A DNA stretch of 64,000 nucleotides from Octopus vulgaris (GCA_951406725.2 OX597824.1:4960001-5024000), one strand, 5' to 3'; positions 12,657 through 26,125 are shown, counted from the stretch's first letter. Notes: a model not told the origin generated them from the sequence alone. Translations and numbers: made by a program.

Positions 12657-12863
12657 CCCTTTCGTTACCAACCTGGCTGAGTACAAATGACTTGTTTTCA
12701 TAAGTTTTGATTTAAAATCTTCCACCAAGCCTTAGTCACAATTTATGTTCCTAACACTAGCTTAATGATAACTAAGTTATTTGATAACTAAATTCTTTGT
12801 TATATTTTAAAATTAATTGAAAGAAACATAGAGCATCTCAACAGAAATATGGTAACAAAAGGG
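12657..12863. mobile_element. piggyBac-type MITE, copy 1
   Basis: TTAA TSDs (12653-12656, 12864-12867); TIRs CCCTTTCGTTACC / GGTAACAAAAGGG. Confidence 0.85.
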
Positions 12864-12887
12864 TTAAAGTCACCATGATATTTTTAA

Positions 12888-13105
12888 CCCTTTCATTACC
12901 AACCCGGCTGAAACCGGCTCTGGATCTGAGTACAAATGTTTTGTTTTCATTAGTTTCAAATTAAAATCTTCCACCAAATCTTAGTCAAAATTAATTTTCC
13001 TAACACTAACTTAATGATAACTAAGTTATTTTACTAAATTCTTTGTTCGATTTAAAGTAATTGAAAGAAACAGAGAATCTCAGAATAAATACGGTAACGA
13101 AAGGG
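12888..13105. mobile_element. piggyBac-type MITE, copy 2
   Basis: TTAA TSDs (12884-12887, 13106-13109); TIRs CCCTTTCATTACC / GGTAACGAAAGGG; body aligns with copy 1. Confidence 0.85.
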
Positions 13106-13430
13106 TTAAACAGAATCAACAAATGTTCAAAGTTGTCAATACATATCCAAAGACCTTGCAATATATATATATATGATGGGTTGTCTGCTCAATACAAAAG
13201 CTTGGCGCTTCAAGTCTGGCTTGAGATCTTTTGCGAACAAGACAAACTTTTAAAACAACATCTGCATAAACTTCACTTAAGTTTTCCTACAGCTTGAACT
13301 CCCTGTGGTGTCTTGATGAACCTTGGAATGTTTCTTCAGGCCTACTTGAGACTTGCAGATCCTGTGGCATATGTGGGGTTCACAAGGGCAAACTGATGTT
13401 CCATAATCAGTAGAAAATAACCCTAGCCTA

Positions 13431-13662
13431 AGGCGCCGAGCTGGCAGAAGCGTTAGTACGCGGGACAAAATGCTTAGTGGTATTTCGTCTGCCATTACGT
13501 TCTGAGTTCAAATTCCGCCGAGGTCGACTTAGCCTTTCATCCTTTCAGGGTCGAGAAATTAAGTACCAGTTACGCACTGGGGTCGATGTAATCAGCTTAA
13601 TCTGTTTGTCTGTCCTTGTTTGTTCCCTCTATGATTAGTCCCTTGTGGACAATAAAGAAATA
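13431..13662 (+). mobile_element. SINE family D
   Basis: Full family D sequence, flanked by an imperfect repeat AGAAAATA(A)CCCTA. Confidence 0.9.
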
Positions 13663-13954
13663 AGAAAATACCCTAATATGTGCTCTTATAAGACCAATCT
13701 CAGATTGGCAGATTTGCCACAAAATAGAAAAGTAGAATAAGTTCCACCAAGTTCATACTCCCTTAATGGCTGGGTTTTTATTTTCCTTATTTTCCTCTTA
13801 ATATTTACCTGTAATTAGCCTTTTTTGCTCAAAAGTTTTCACACCATTCTGTACTTTGAATGCCAGGCAGAGTAATCTGTAGTGAGATTTCCAAGGTTTT
13901 TTTTGGATCAATTCCCACATTCTTCAAGCTCTCCTTCAATGCCTCAGTATATAC

Positions 13955-14520
13955 TTGGCATCACTCAGCAAGACTTTTGTTAGCCGCTCTCCAGCCATCT
14001 ATTTAAAACTGTATACAGCTATGGTATGACCACACTTGGAATTCGCATCATCAGTTTGGAATCCCTATCTTGCTCAGAACATTGACCTCCTGGAATCTGT
14101 CCAGAGACGTGCAACCAAACACATACCCTCCATCAGACATCTACCATATTCTGAGCGCCTTGTTTCCCTGGGCATGGATTCACTGAAGCTCCGGCGTCTG
14201 GCGACGGACTTGGTAAAGACCCACAAAGTTGTCAACCACCTCACTAACAACAACACTGAACACCTTTTTGATCTTCATGTGTCTAACACACGTGGACATG
14301 CCTACAAAGTCAGAAAACAGCACAGCTCCCATGACTTTCGGAAACATTTCTTCACGCTCAGAGTTGCTGAAGCATGGAATAAACTGCCTGCGTCAGTTGT
14401 TGACTGCCATGACACTGCATCCTTTAAGGCCCTTATATGCTTTCCGAAATCCGCCGAAACTACACCTGATTATATATACACTTTAGATGAGTTGTAGTGC
14501 ACCTGAGCACTGTACACAAT
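13955..14520 (+). mobile_element. CR1-clade LINE, 5'-truncated (RT C-terminus, 3' UTR and (TTA)n tail)
   Basis: LEFASSVWNPY...LESVQRRATK...YSERL..L...L.LRR...TRGH...FF..RV...WNKLP is the typical CR1 ORF2 C-terminus; an in-frame stop lies just upstream. Confidence 0.9.
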
Positions 14521-15155
14521 TATTATTATTATTATTATTATTATTATACATATACACACATGCACATACATGTGTGTGTGTATGTATATGTATATATATA
14601 TATATATGTGTGTGTGTATGTATATATATATGTGTGTGTGTGTATAAATATGTGTGTGTGTATGTATATGTGTGTGTGTATGTGTGTGTTGTGTGTTGTG
14701 CGTATGCTTCTGTCTCCTGGTCTTTACATGGCATGGCAGTTGTAAACAAGTGTCACCGTCATACAAGCAGTGTCCTCCATTCCCAGTATTTCCATCCATA
14801 AATATGTCCAGCAATGATAAAAATGTTGCCTTGCTTGGAACCATGTGAGGATTAGTGACAGGGAGGGCATCCGGCCAAAGAAAACCTGCCACAAAAACTG
14901 AAAACCCTCACACACACACACACACACAGATAGATATAGATATGATGATGAGGATGATCGTCCTCCTCCTCTTCCTCCTCCTCCTCCTCCGCCTCCTTCT
15001 CCTCCTCCTCCTCATCATCATTACCATCATTATCATAATTTAATGTGCTGGCAAGTGCCCATGCACCTCCACAACACATTTGTAAAAAATTGAAACGAAT
15101 TCTGTTATTACAAAGTGTCATATCTCACATTCTATTTGGCTAATCTTGCATGTTA

Positions 15156-15244
<89 letters not shown>

Positions 15245-15256
15245 TCATACACATAC

Positions 15257-15288
<32 letters not shown>

Positions 15289-15289
15289 T

Positions 15290-15324
<35 letters not shown>

Positions 15325-15914
15325 TCATACACACACACAAACAAACAAACATACACATACACATACACATTCATACGTAAAGGAAATAGAAAAGAAGTAT
15401 TGAATAGCCCTTAAATCTTTATTTCATGGTGTAAGGTGATTGCGCAGGGTGGTGGTGGTGGTGGTGGTGGTGGAGAAACAGGAAACATTTTATGTCCGTG
15501 TGTAATGTGTTCTAGACAAAACTCCATCCCCCTCCATATCTATAACCGGACTACGTGCAGCCAGGGTAGAAACTGGGAAGTGAAACGAATGACTCACGAG
15601 GGAATCCAATGCTTGTCAAGTGACAAACGCTTACCACCAAAGCCGTCGCTTCATTTTTGAAATTTTTTTCCAACTGCATTTATTTTGCTTAGGCTTAAAT
15701 ACTTGAATAATGTACTCCATGTTCTGTTCTAGATCAGTAATAAAATTTCATTCATATACAGTAGAAGAACCTCGCAGTGTGAGTGTCCCATTGTATGAGT
15801 AATTTGCTGTACGAGACGAGACTTGTATGAAGTTTTGTCTTGAAGTATGAGCAGAAATCTGCAGTATGAGAGCACACTAATTGTCCCATCATCATCATCA
15901 TCATCATCACCATC

Positions 15915-16375
15915 TTTGTCGTCATCGTTTAACGTCCGTTTTCCATGCTGGCATGGGTTGGATGGTTCGACTGGGGTCTGGGAAGCCAGGAGGCTGCACC
16001 AGGCTCCAGTCTGATCTGGCAGTGGTTCTACAGCTGGATGCCCTTCCTAATGCCAACCATCCTGAGACTGTGGTGGGTGCTTATTACGTGCCACCAGCAC
16101 AGGGGCCAGAGGAGACTGGCAATGTCCATAATCAGTTGGTGTTTTTTACGTGCCACTGGCACAGGGATCGCAACTACAATTTCCATTTGATTTTCATTTT
16201 GATGTACTTGACTCAATACGTCACCTCAAGCATGACATGTCGCCCTAAAATCCAAGGTACTTTTGTGTGGGCTGGGGCTGGTTATGTGACACTGGTGTAG
16301 GTTACAGCTGTGAACTCACTTTATTTTCTGGGTCTTCGCAGTCACAGCACATCCCCAGAAGTTTCCGTCTTTTGT
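15915..16375 (-). mobile_element. Family B RTE 3' tail
   Basis: Reverse-complement family B motifs next to a (CAT)n tail. Confidence 0.8.
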
Positions 16376-16585
16376 CACATAATTCAGTTAATAAAACCAG
16401 TTTACATAGTACTCCCTGACTGGCTCCCGTACCAATGGTACGTAAAAAGCACTATCTGAATGTAATTGATACCTGGGCTGCCTGACTGGCTCCTATGCTG
16501 GTGGCACATAAAAAGCACCCACTACACTCTCGGAGTGGATGGTGTTAGGAAGGGCATCTAACTGTAAAAACATTGCCAGATCAGA

Positions 16586-17340
16586 GCACCTCGTAAAGCT
16601 TGGGTACACAAATCGCTACAGTGTTTGGGTACCACATGAGTTGAGTGAGAAGAACCTTTGGGATCGCATTTCCACCTGTGATTTGCTTTATAAATGGAAT
16701 GAAAACACACATTTTTTAAAGCAAATTGTGACAGGTAATGAGAAATGGATTATCTACCGAAATGTTCAGAGAAAGCAATCCTGGAGTAAGCAACATGAGC
16801 CACCCTTAGCCACCCCAAAAGCGGGTCTTCACACTAAAAAAGTCTTGCTTTGTGTCTGGTGGGATTGGAAAGGAATTCTGCAATATGAGCTTCTCTCAAG
16901 TAACCAGACAATTAATTCTGAGAAATACTGCGCACAACTGGATGAGTTAAAAGCAGCAATTCAAGAGAAACGTTCAGAATTGGCCAACAGGAAGGTTGTT
17001 GTTTTCCAACATGATAATGCAAGACCACATATTTCTTTGGGAACCAGACAAAAATTGCTGCAGCTCGGCTGGGATGTGTTACCCCCCCCCCATATTCACC
17101 AGATATTGCTCCTTCGGATTTCCTCTTATTCAGGTCTCTGCAGAATAGTCCTAATGGTAAAAATTTCAATTCCTTGGATGACATAAAAATATACCTTGAT
17201 GAATTCTTTGCCATGAAACCACCTCAATTCTGGGAAGAGGGTATTTTCAAGTTAAAGGAAAGATGGAGATGCATTTTGCAACAAAATGATTAAAAACCAA
17301 AGTATTTATTGACCTTTTTCTTTCCTTTAACAACCCAATA
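16586..17340 (+). mobile_element. mariner (DD34D) transposase pseudogene, 5'-truncated, mellifera-subfamily-like
   Basis: Motifs WVPHEL, TGNEKW (catalytic D mutated to N), VWWDWKG and HDNARPH. After a frameshift in the poly-C run at ~17082-17091 it reads PYSPDIAPSDF.LFRSLQN. Right end CAACCCAATA|TA. Confidence 0.93.
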
Positions 17341-17880
17341 TATTGATACCTCCATAAACATTCCAAGGTTTCCAAACAAGCAATATTTATGGCCTGTTGA
17401 AACCCCCACCATGACCACCACTGTCCACGCCATTTGACATGTGAACTGATCAAGAGAAGTGGTTTATGCAAACTTTGGCTTATTTAAGTATTATTACCCC
17501 AACCACCCCAGCAACGTCGACAGACTTGATTTGTCATTAAAACTCCCACTACTTAGAGTGCTTGGTTATTTATAGCGATTAGGAAAGGAGGAAATCATAA
17601 ATATATATTCTATTCAAAGAATTCTCAGGAAAAATGGAAAGACATTGTTCATAATGGATGCAGGCATTGCCTACGAGTGTTTATTTCTTTTTCTTTTTCT
17701 ATGTTACTGACTCAAGCCTTTTGCATAAAACCAGATGGAAACTGTGTCAATGTTATAATGAAACGACATTGAAAGAAACTGTCTCAAGTGAGAACTCCCA
17801 GGATACTTTTATACGGTTAAAACATTACAAAACATCTATGATCTTGTCACACTTTATTCTCTTATCTCTCACTCTCTCAT

Positions 17881-17933
<53 letters not shown>

Positions 17934-18194
17934 TTTCCTCTCTTTCTCTCTTCTTTTTATTTTTTATTTTAGGTCATGTTTTGTAAATAATATTATCATT
18001 GGTTACACGCTTCCAATTTTGTCACTGGTTTGTTGTATTACGATCATGAGAATGACAATGGATTATCTTTGGAATTTTGGCAGAGCAATTATTACTATGA
18101 AATTTTTCTGAAATCATTTCTTTATCAGTTTCCAATGAAATTTTTATATCTTTCACTAATATACACTGCACAGCCGAAAGATACACATGTGCAT

Positions 18195-18530
18195 ACCTAC
18201 CTACCTACCTACTTACTTACCTACCTACCTACCTACCTACCTACCTACCTACCTACCTACCTACCTACCTACCTACCTACCTACCTACCTACCTACCTAC
18301 CTACCTACCTACCTACCTACCTACCTACTTACCTACCTACCTACCTACCTACCTACCTACCTACCTACCTATCTACTTACTTACCCACCGACCTACCTTC
18401 CTACCAACCTATCCTCTATCTACCCACCTACCTACCTTCCAACCTACCTACTAACCTACGTACCTACATGCCTACCTACCTACCTGCCTACCTACATACC
18501 CACCCATCAACCTACCTACCTTTTACCTAC
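18195..18530. repeat. (CCTA)n microsatellite
   Basis: Directly visible; gives rise to the LPTY-repeat ORF. Confidence 0.95.
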
Positions 18531-19363
18531 ATACAAGCATACACACATATACATCTAACATTGCAGCATACATCCTACATGCATGTCATACTTATGTAGA
18601 TAATATATAAATACATCTATATACATGCATATATCATACATTATATTGTACATACATTATACTTATAATCATGCATATTATATACATGCACTAAACCTAC
18701 ATACATCTTATAAAGGTAGCAGGAATATTTGGCTATCCAAAAGCATCTAGAAATCAAATCTAGATCACTGTGTCTGATGAAAAAAAACAATCATACAGCA
18801 TGAATGTGATGCACTCAAATATTGTCAGTGTCATTAAAAAGCTGACCACTCAGACTTCTTGTAAACAGGATCTTGGTGAACAATTTCATCTTTGGTGCAT
18901 TTTTTCAGATAAGGACATCAACCACATATTTAGCCACTAAAAAAATACAAAATGACCAAGTAGTGGTGCACACTTGGTCATAGTATCATGGCAACGGATT
19001 GAAAGAATGGTGATAATAGTACAGCCAGGTCACTGAGGTGCTAAAGACACATAGTGATGGCTGTTGTCATCCTCAACCGCAAAAGATCTCATACAAAACG
19101 TGGATAATCTTACTTGATGTAAGCAGCTTTTCTCAATCAGAGTAACAGTAGCAAAGAGTTGTTAATCATAAGAACAAATATTATTATGCTTAAAATCTCA
19201 ATGAAATTTTGGGGTTTTTTGTAATGACATCATCTCATACAAATCATCCAACTTGTGCCACAGGCAGCTCTTCAGGTGGCCAGTGCCTGTCAAACCATCC
19301 AACCCATGCCAGCATGGAAAACAGACAATGAAAGATGATGATGATTGTGATGAAGATGATACA

Positions 19364-19409
<46 letters not shown>

Positions 19410-20315
19410 CGCATACACATGTATGTATATCATACCCACATCAGCATACATATACATACATACATACATACATACATACATACATACATACATACATACA
19501 TACATACATACATACATACATACATAATAGACACATACCTATATTCATAATTTCTGAAGACGAGAAGGTTATGGTTGGAATGCTTTTTGATGATTGATCC
19601 CTTTCATCTTTTTCATCTGTTTCATCTTTTACATCTTTTTCATCTGTTTCATCTACTTCAATTCTTACTGTTCTTAACAATTTTTTTTTTTCTCTCTCTT
19701 TTAATGAGCAAGGACTGTAAATGTCAGATTTTTGACCCCACCCCACCCCCTTCACCTATGGCATTTGAACTTATCAATATTCCACAGATTCTTCTTTTGA
19801 TTAAATCTGGACCTGGGGCTAAGTGAGAGCTACAAGAACAACATAGAAAGAGACAAGTTGTTTGTGGTGACCCAGTGACCTACAAAAGGATTGCAACAGG
19901 ATTTTCACTTCTCCGTTTTTCAGACACAGAGATTCTGAAAGTCTATTACAAATTCAGCCATGGGTGAATGGTTAAAATATCTGCTTCCCAATCACATAGT
20001 TTCAAGTTCGGTCCCACTGTGTGACACTTTGGGCAATTGTCTTCTACTATAGCCAAAAGTTGAACACCATCTGGTGAGTGGATTTAGTAGATGGAAACTG
20101 AAAGAAGCCTTGTTGTGTATTATATGTGTGTGTGTGTGTTTTGAGTGTCCTTATCTTGATACTGGTGACAGCTGTTAACTATTGACAGCACCTTACAAGT
20201 GATGCTCTTCATTTCTAAACTGTGAAAACATTACCTTCCTTGGAAACTGGTGAGTGTTGGCAACAGGAAGGGCATCTTGCTGTATAAAGCTCATCATCAT
20301 CATCATCATCATCAT

Positions 20316-20965
20316 CTTTAAACGTCTGCTTTCCATGCTGGCATGGGCTGGACAGTTCGACTGAGGGCCAGCAAGCCAGCAGGCTGCACCAGTCTCCAAT
20401 CTGTTCTGGCAAAGTTTCTACAGCTGGATGCCCTTCCTAACGCCAACCAATCCATGAGTGTAGTGGGTGCTTTTTATGTGCCAGTCAGCCAGCACTGGCA
20501 TCAGCCATGCTTAAATGGTGCTTTTTACTTGCCACCAGCACAGCTGCCAGTCAGGCAGCACTAGCAATGACCATGCTTGAATGGTACTTTTTATGTGCCA
20601 CGGGCACAGGAGCCACTCAGGTGGCACTAGCATCGGCCATGCTCAAACGGTGCTTTTTTTATGTGCCACCGGCACAGGAACCAGTCAGTGGCCCTGGCAA
20701 CGATCACGTTCAAATGGTGCTTCTAGCATTCCATTGGCACGGGTGCCAATCAGGTGGTGCTGTCATCGGCCATGACAGCAATTTTACATGCCTCAACAGG
20801 TCTTCGCAAGCATAGTTTATTGTCCAACGATTGAAGGCTACTCTTAAATGGGCTGGTTATACAGCACTGGCATAGGCCATGGTTATGGTCTCACTTGGCT
20901 TATCAGGTCTTTTCAAGCACAGCATATTTCCAGAGGTCTCGGTCACCTTTTCACACAGTTGTCCT
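20316..20965 (-). mobile_element. Family B RTE 3' tail with about 5 internal ~57-bp repeats
   Basis: Repeated GGTGCTTTTTATGTGCCAC..GCAC units; aligns with 36105-36680. Confidence 0.8.
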
Positions 20966-21689
20966 CATCCATCTGCAACACAAGACCATACCAGCACAAT
21001 CTGCCCCAAGCAAGCATGGAAAATGGATATTAACACGATGAACACATTAATATGTCCATGTTAACATGTTCAATAATGTTAATATCCACTAAACGTTAAT
21101 TTTGTTCTGCTCTGCCATTAAACTTATTGATAAACCCCATTAAACTTCTTTATGAACCTTCTTATTGACTAATTATTTGCAACACAAACAATCACTGATT
21201 CCCTAAAATTCAAGATTTTAGTCTCACAAGAAGTAAATGACCATCCTGCAAGAAGGAGTGGGTGGGAGGTGCAGTTGGCAGCTGCAAGATACCAAAGTTC
21301 CATACATTCTCTGATGCCACAAGATCAATTCTTTATTGTGGTGTGGTGACTCACATCCCTCATTGACCCTAAAAGCTATGCCAGCAGAGCACAAGGTCCT
21401 GGTAGAGCCTCCCATATTGGACAGATCAAAGGGCAGAGGCCAGATTATTATGGATCATATCTTCCTGGAGGTAAAAATGGGCTTGCATTAGGCCAACACT
21501 CAGGGCTCAATTAAGATACATAAAGGCTCTATGTACTTAAAAGATTTTAGTACCCCTGTATATTTGCAATTCAAAATATAAACCACTAGCAGAATTGCCC
21601 GGCGTTGCTCGGGGCTGAATTGCTTGAAAGTACTGTTAATGATTGCACTGAATTATGATGATTATTCAGGCAAATATTGATATAAGCTT

Positions 21690-22205
21690 ACGGTGGGAGA
21701 TAAGGACTTAACGATCAAACGTGTGCCATTGCATTGTTTTGGGGGAACCAAATTTCTGATGAGCATTATAGGGGCACCAACTTTAAGTTTGAGAAAGTGT
21801 GGTGGTAGTCCGGGGTGCTCAAAGGAATTGAGTACCTCTATTGGATAGTTGATGACGTCCTCTGGGTCAGGAGTTGTATCGATAGACTGATATACATAGA
21901 CTTCCCCAGGAATGAGTTTTAGCATTTCATCATTAATGGTGAACAGTTTTATTCCTCGGGGCCAGTATAGACTTTTTGCCAATCCAATCCATATTCTGAT
22001 AATTAGCTTGTAGATCTGGGAACACTGCATCTCTGAGATCAGAAGGCGTCTTAACAATGGTACAAATGGAATCGATGGCAATAATACCATTTTCATCCCC
22101 TGGTATTTTGCCTTCGCCAAGTGCAAGGAGGGTGTGAGGAAATGCTGCTGATGTGATATTACGTCGCATATGAGCACGCATATTGGTGTGAAGTTTGAGA
22201 GTTAC
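21690..22205 (-). pseudogene. Helitron RepHel PIF1-family helicase fragment (frameshifted)
   Basis: LHTNMRAH...LLALGEG...VFPDL...ILAPRN, then a frameshift to IND...YPIEVLNS...GLPPH.LKLKVGAPIMLIRNL.PPKQCNGTRLIVK. These are Helitron PIF1 motifs. Confidence 0.93.
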
Positions 22206-22751
22206 TTCCGTTTATTTTTAAAAATATGCATTAAAATGGAAAAAAATTATGGTAAATTATTTGTAAAATCATAGACTCATCGTAGACGCGCGCTAATACC
22301 CAGAAGGGCTCGATATGAATCACGACTATAAGATACCCGGTTTTGGTTAAACTGCATCGCAAAATGTGGGAGTAGTTAGGAATCTAAATCGGAGTAGACA
22401 GACACACAACCTTTCTTTTATATATAAATATTTTCGTCCTAAAAAACTTTGTATGGATTGAATGGTTACCTCTATGGAAATATATACACACACATTAGAC
22501 ATACATGTGTGTATAGATGAATATATAAATACATTTAAATATCTATATACACTTTTGGGCGATCTTTCTGTTTCTTAGAGATAACTTTAGATCTTATTAT
22601 CGTCCTAAAAAACTTTGTGCGGAGTGAATGGTTACGTGTATGGAAATATATACACACACATTATACATACATCTGTGTATAGATGAATATATAAATACAT
22701 TTAAATATCTATATACACTTTTGGGCGATCTTTCTGCTACTTGGATATAGG

Positions 22752-23196
22752 GGCGATGTTTCGCTTGTCGTAGCACACGTTTCCGTCGATTTCCGTAAAA
22801 AATGTAAACACTGAATCGGCCATACATACATACATACATACACACACACATACATACACACACACACACACATACATGCATACATACATATACACATAAA
22901 CCGAGTAAAAAATTTCAGTTATCTCTCTCTTTCACACATTACTCTCTCTGTCTCTTCACACACACTAACAGAAGCACTTCACTTACACAACATACTGTCT
23001 GTCTCCCACACTCCATCAAACACACACACACACACACATGTACATCAATGCGTCCCATGCACGGTAACTTCAAAAGAACTTTCCTCGTCATACAATCGCT
23101 TTCTCTTAGTCTCTTTCGCTCTCATTACTTATGTAAAAAAATAAGTTTTTTACGGAAATCGACGGAAACCTGTGCTACGACAAGCGAAACATCGCC
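22752..23196. mobile_element. MITE with ~50-bp TIRs and 8-bp TSD (Merlin- or MULE-like), nested in the Helitron
   Basis: TIR GGCGATGTTTCGCTTGTCGTAGCACA(C/G)GTTTCCGTCGATTTCCGTAAAAA, one mismatch between ends. TSD GATATAGG at 22744-22751 and 23197-23204. Confidence 0.88.
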
Positions 23197-23729
23197 GATA
23201 TAGGTCTTATATTCGTCCTAAAATACTTTCCTGTCACACACTCACGCACACGCACACACACACACACACACGCACCCTCACACACACACACACGCACACA
23301 CACACTCACACACACGCACGTTAGCTTACAATTTTATTTATATATTTGCATGTCTATGTGTGTAAAGAGGAAGTGGCAGACTGAATGAGTCACTCACTAC
23401 AAAAGGTGAATTACTTTCATTTTATTCCTTGCACACTGTGTGTGTGCGTGTGCGTGTGGTGTAAACCACATTAAGAAAAGCATTTGACATACACACCAGA
23501 ATGTGAGTTTTCTGTAAATTTTGCTTAATTGGAGTTTAAATTTTAAAAACTGGACCTGGCAAAACCCGATGCATTGTACTCTTAAAAATGCTAAGTAAAT
23601 TGTAATTGAAGAAATCCTATATTGTAGATTTCTATAACTGACAAAGGGAGGCAGATAAAATCTGCCTTTTATAATAAGAGATAAAATAAAAGTTTATTTT
23701 TCAAAATGAAACAAAAGAGGGAAAATATT

Positions 23730-23917
23730 TATTCTGTTGTGTCTGGGGAGAGTCATTTTCTTTTTGTGCCTTATAACATAACACACTCACCTGTAAAATT
23801 TCCACTTATTTCTTATTTTTATTAAAAAAAAAAAAGAATGAAGTGGAAATATTACCAGTGAGTGTGTATATTATAAGACACAAAAAGAAAATGACTCTCC
23901 CCAGACACAACAGAATA
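23730..23917. repeat. Imperfect inverted repeat (~78-bp arms), fold-back element
   Basis: TATTCTGTTGTGTCTGGGGAGAGTCATTTTCTTTTTGTG... at 23730-23807 versus its reverse complement at 23841-23917. Confidence 0.85.
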
Positions 23918-24741
23918 TGCTTCAACACACAAACTCATATAAAGAATCTTGCAAACCAAATCCCAAAACGAAATATTTATTTTTTTATACTTTCATTTTA
24001 TTTATATTTGAAAAGTTTTTTCCTACTTTTTTTAATGGCAAAGTCTTTGGTCAGATTCTCACCATGACACCATAAACACTTTGAAATTATATTTCTGACC
24101 ACATAATTCACTTTTAATATTATTTCAGCAAGTTTTAAATGATTTCTTTTGTACCATAAACCATTTACCATTTGTGTGGTACCCCACCTCCCATTCCCTT
24201 GATTCCCTAAGCGACTGCTTATTTTGCTTAATGATTAATCCAGCACTGCCAACAACCCTACTTATAGAAGTATTGACAACGATCCGAACCTAACAAAACT
24301 TGAGAGAGCAAGAGATGGCCCAGAGTGTAAACCAAGGAGATAAGACATAGATGGCCAGTGCCCCTTAGGGAGGGAAAGGCTTAAGTGATAAAGTGATATG
24401 TTTAATGAGAAGTAAGGAGCTGTTTCTTGAACATAGCCTGGTCACTTAATCTGTTGCAATGGATTTGGTTAGGATTAGATCAGATTAGATTAGACTACAT
24501 TAGATTAGACAGAAAGATTGGCAGATTCTAGTGCACCTGAGCACTATATACAATAATTTCATTATTATTATATGTAGATAGATAGATAGATAGAGAGAGA
24601 GAGAAGGAGAGAGGGAGAGAGAGGTGTGGAAGAAGTGGTCAAACAAACATGAGTGTGGACGCATGTGTATGTGTGTGTGTATATACATATATGTATAAAT
24701 GTATATACATACACGTGACTCTGTGTGTGTGTATGTGTATG

Positions 24742-24772
<31 letters not shown>

Positions 24773-24839
24773 GTGTGTATCAGTGTGTGTGAGCATGTGT
24801 GTGTATGTATGTGTGTGTGCATATATATATATATACATG

Positions 24840-25725
24840 CAGGGTGCAGTGAATATATTGTTGTCTAAATTATGCAAAAATAAAAATAACATTGACATTT
24901 CATTTTAACAGATTTATTTACCAAAATTATATAGAAATATCTTGAAATACTAAACAGCAAATTTATTCAATAAAATCGCCATTGGCTTTAACCAAAGCCT
25001 CCAGACAACTTCGGAATCACCTGCAACTCTTCTGGATGTTTTCTTTGTTTAAGATGGTGAATGCAGCCATAATCCTTGACTTCACTTCATCTTTGGTGTT
25101 ACAAGGAGTTTTGTTGGTCTTTCACTTAACTGCAACCCACACATAATAATCAAGGGGGTTGCAGTCTGGCGAGTTAGGCAGCCAGATGTTAGGGGTGGTT
25201 TGGTCACAGAAATTGTCTGACAGCCATGACTGGGTTCTCCTGCTTGTGTGGCATGGTGCAGAGTCCTGTTGCCAGACATAGGATCTTCCAGCAGCCACCC
25301 TCTTCACCCAGGACATCACTATCTCCTCCAGACACTTTTAGGCCTCTGTGTTCAGTCTGAGGCTGTGTGGGAAGATGAATGGAGGCATAACGTTGCCATC
25401 TCTTGTGATCATTTCAAACAACATGATGTTGAATGAATGTTTAGTTTTTATCACTCTCGGTACATGTTTTGGGAGCACTGAAAACCAATGGTTGTTCTGT
25501 GTGTTCACCATCTATTCGAATTGCAGCTTCCAGAGCAAATGATGAGCAGTATAGCCTGTCATTTCCAAATTTCTGGCAGAGTGAGTTGCATCATGGTGCC
25601 GTTTTTCTCACAGATGGTGCCCAACTGCCCCTACTATACTGTGTAGTTGATAAAATCAAAATTAAACAATGCACATATGCGAAATTAAAATTATAAAATG
25701 GTGACAATTTATCCATCGTACCCTG
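24840..25725 (-). mobile_element. Tc1/mariner DD37D (maT/mori-type) element, internally deleted
   Basis: WQQDSAPCH...WLPNSPDCNPLDYYVW with 37 residues between the two Asp; degenerate TIRs CAGGGT...ACCCTG|TA. Confidence 0.85.
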
Positions 25726-25739
25726 TATGTATGTATCTC

Positions 25740-26125
25740 AAGCACCATGCTAGTAGGGTGTTAAGAGCACAATCCGAGTGTGATCATTGCCAGAGCGGCT
25801 ATCTGGCCTCCGTGCCGGTGGCATGTAAAAGACACCAGTCAAGCGTGATCACTACCAGCATCACCTTACTGGCACCTGTGCCAGTGGCATGTGTAGAAGA
25901 TTCGAGCGAGGTCGTTGCCAGTACAGCCTGACTGGCCCTCGTGCAGGTGGCACATAAAAGCACCCACTACACTCTCGAAGTGGTTGGCATTAGGAAGAGC
26001 ACCAGCTGTAGAAACTCAGCCAGATCAAGATTGAAGCCTGGTGCTGCCATCTGGTTCGCCAGCCCTCAGTCAAATCGTCCAACCCATGCTAGCATGGAAA
26101 GCGGATGTTAAATGATGATGATGAT
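25740..26125 (+). mobile_element. Family B RTE 3' tail
   Basis: Internal repeats plus CATGCTAGCATGGAAAGCGGATGTTAAATGATG. Confidence 0.8.

Larger units (their letters stand above)
21586..23681 (-). mobile_element. Composite, internally deleted Helitron
   Basis: Plus strand a|CTAG (21586) with adjacent hairpin CCCGGCGTTGCTCGGG is the 3' end. GA|t at 23680-23682 is the 5' end, TCTCTTATTATAAAAGG on the minus strand. A|T insertion, no TSD, contains PIF1 helicase remnant. Confidence 0.8.

Noticed and set aside
13300-13400. C2H2 zinc-finger-like peptide HICHRICKSQVGLKKHSKVH on the minus strand
   Set aside because: Single degenerate finger in an ORF that starts inside a SINE; more likely the C-terminal finger of a decayed LINE than a host gene.
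19600-19660. DETDEKD repeat peptide
   Set aside because: Short low-complexity (TTTCATC) tandem repeat with no exon context.
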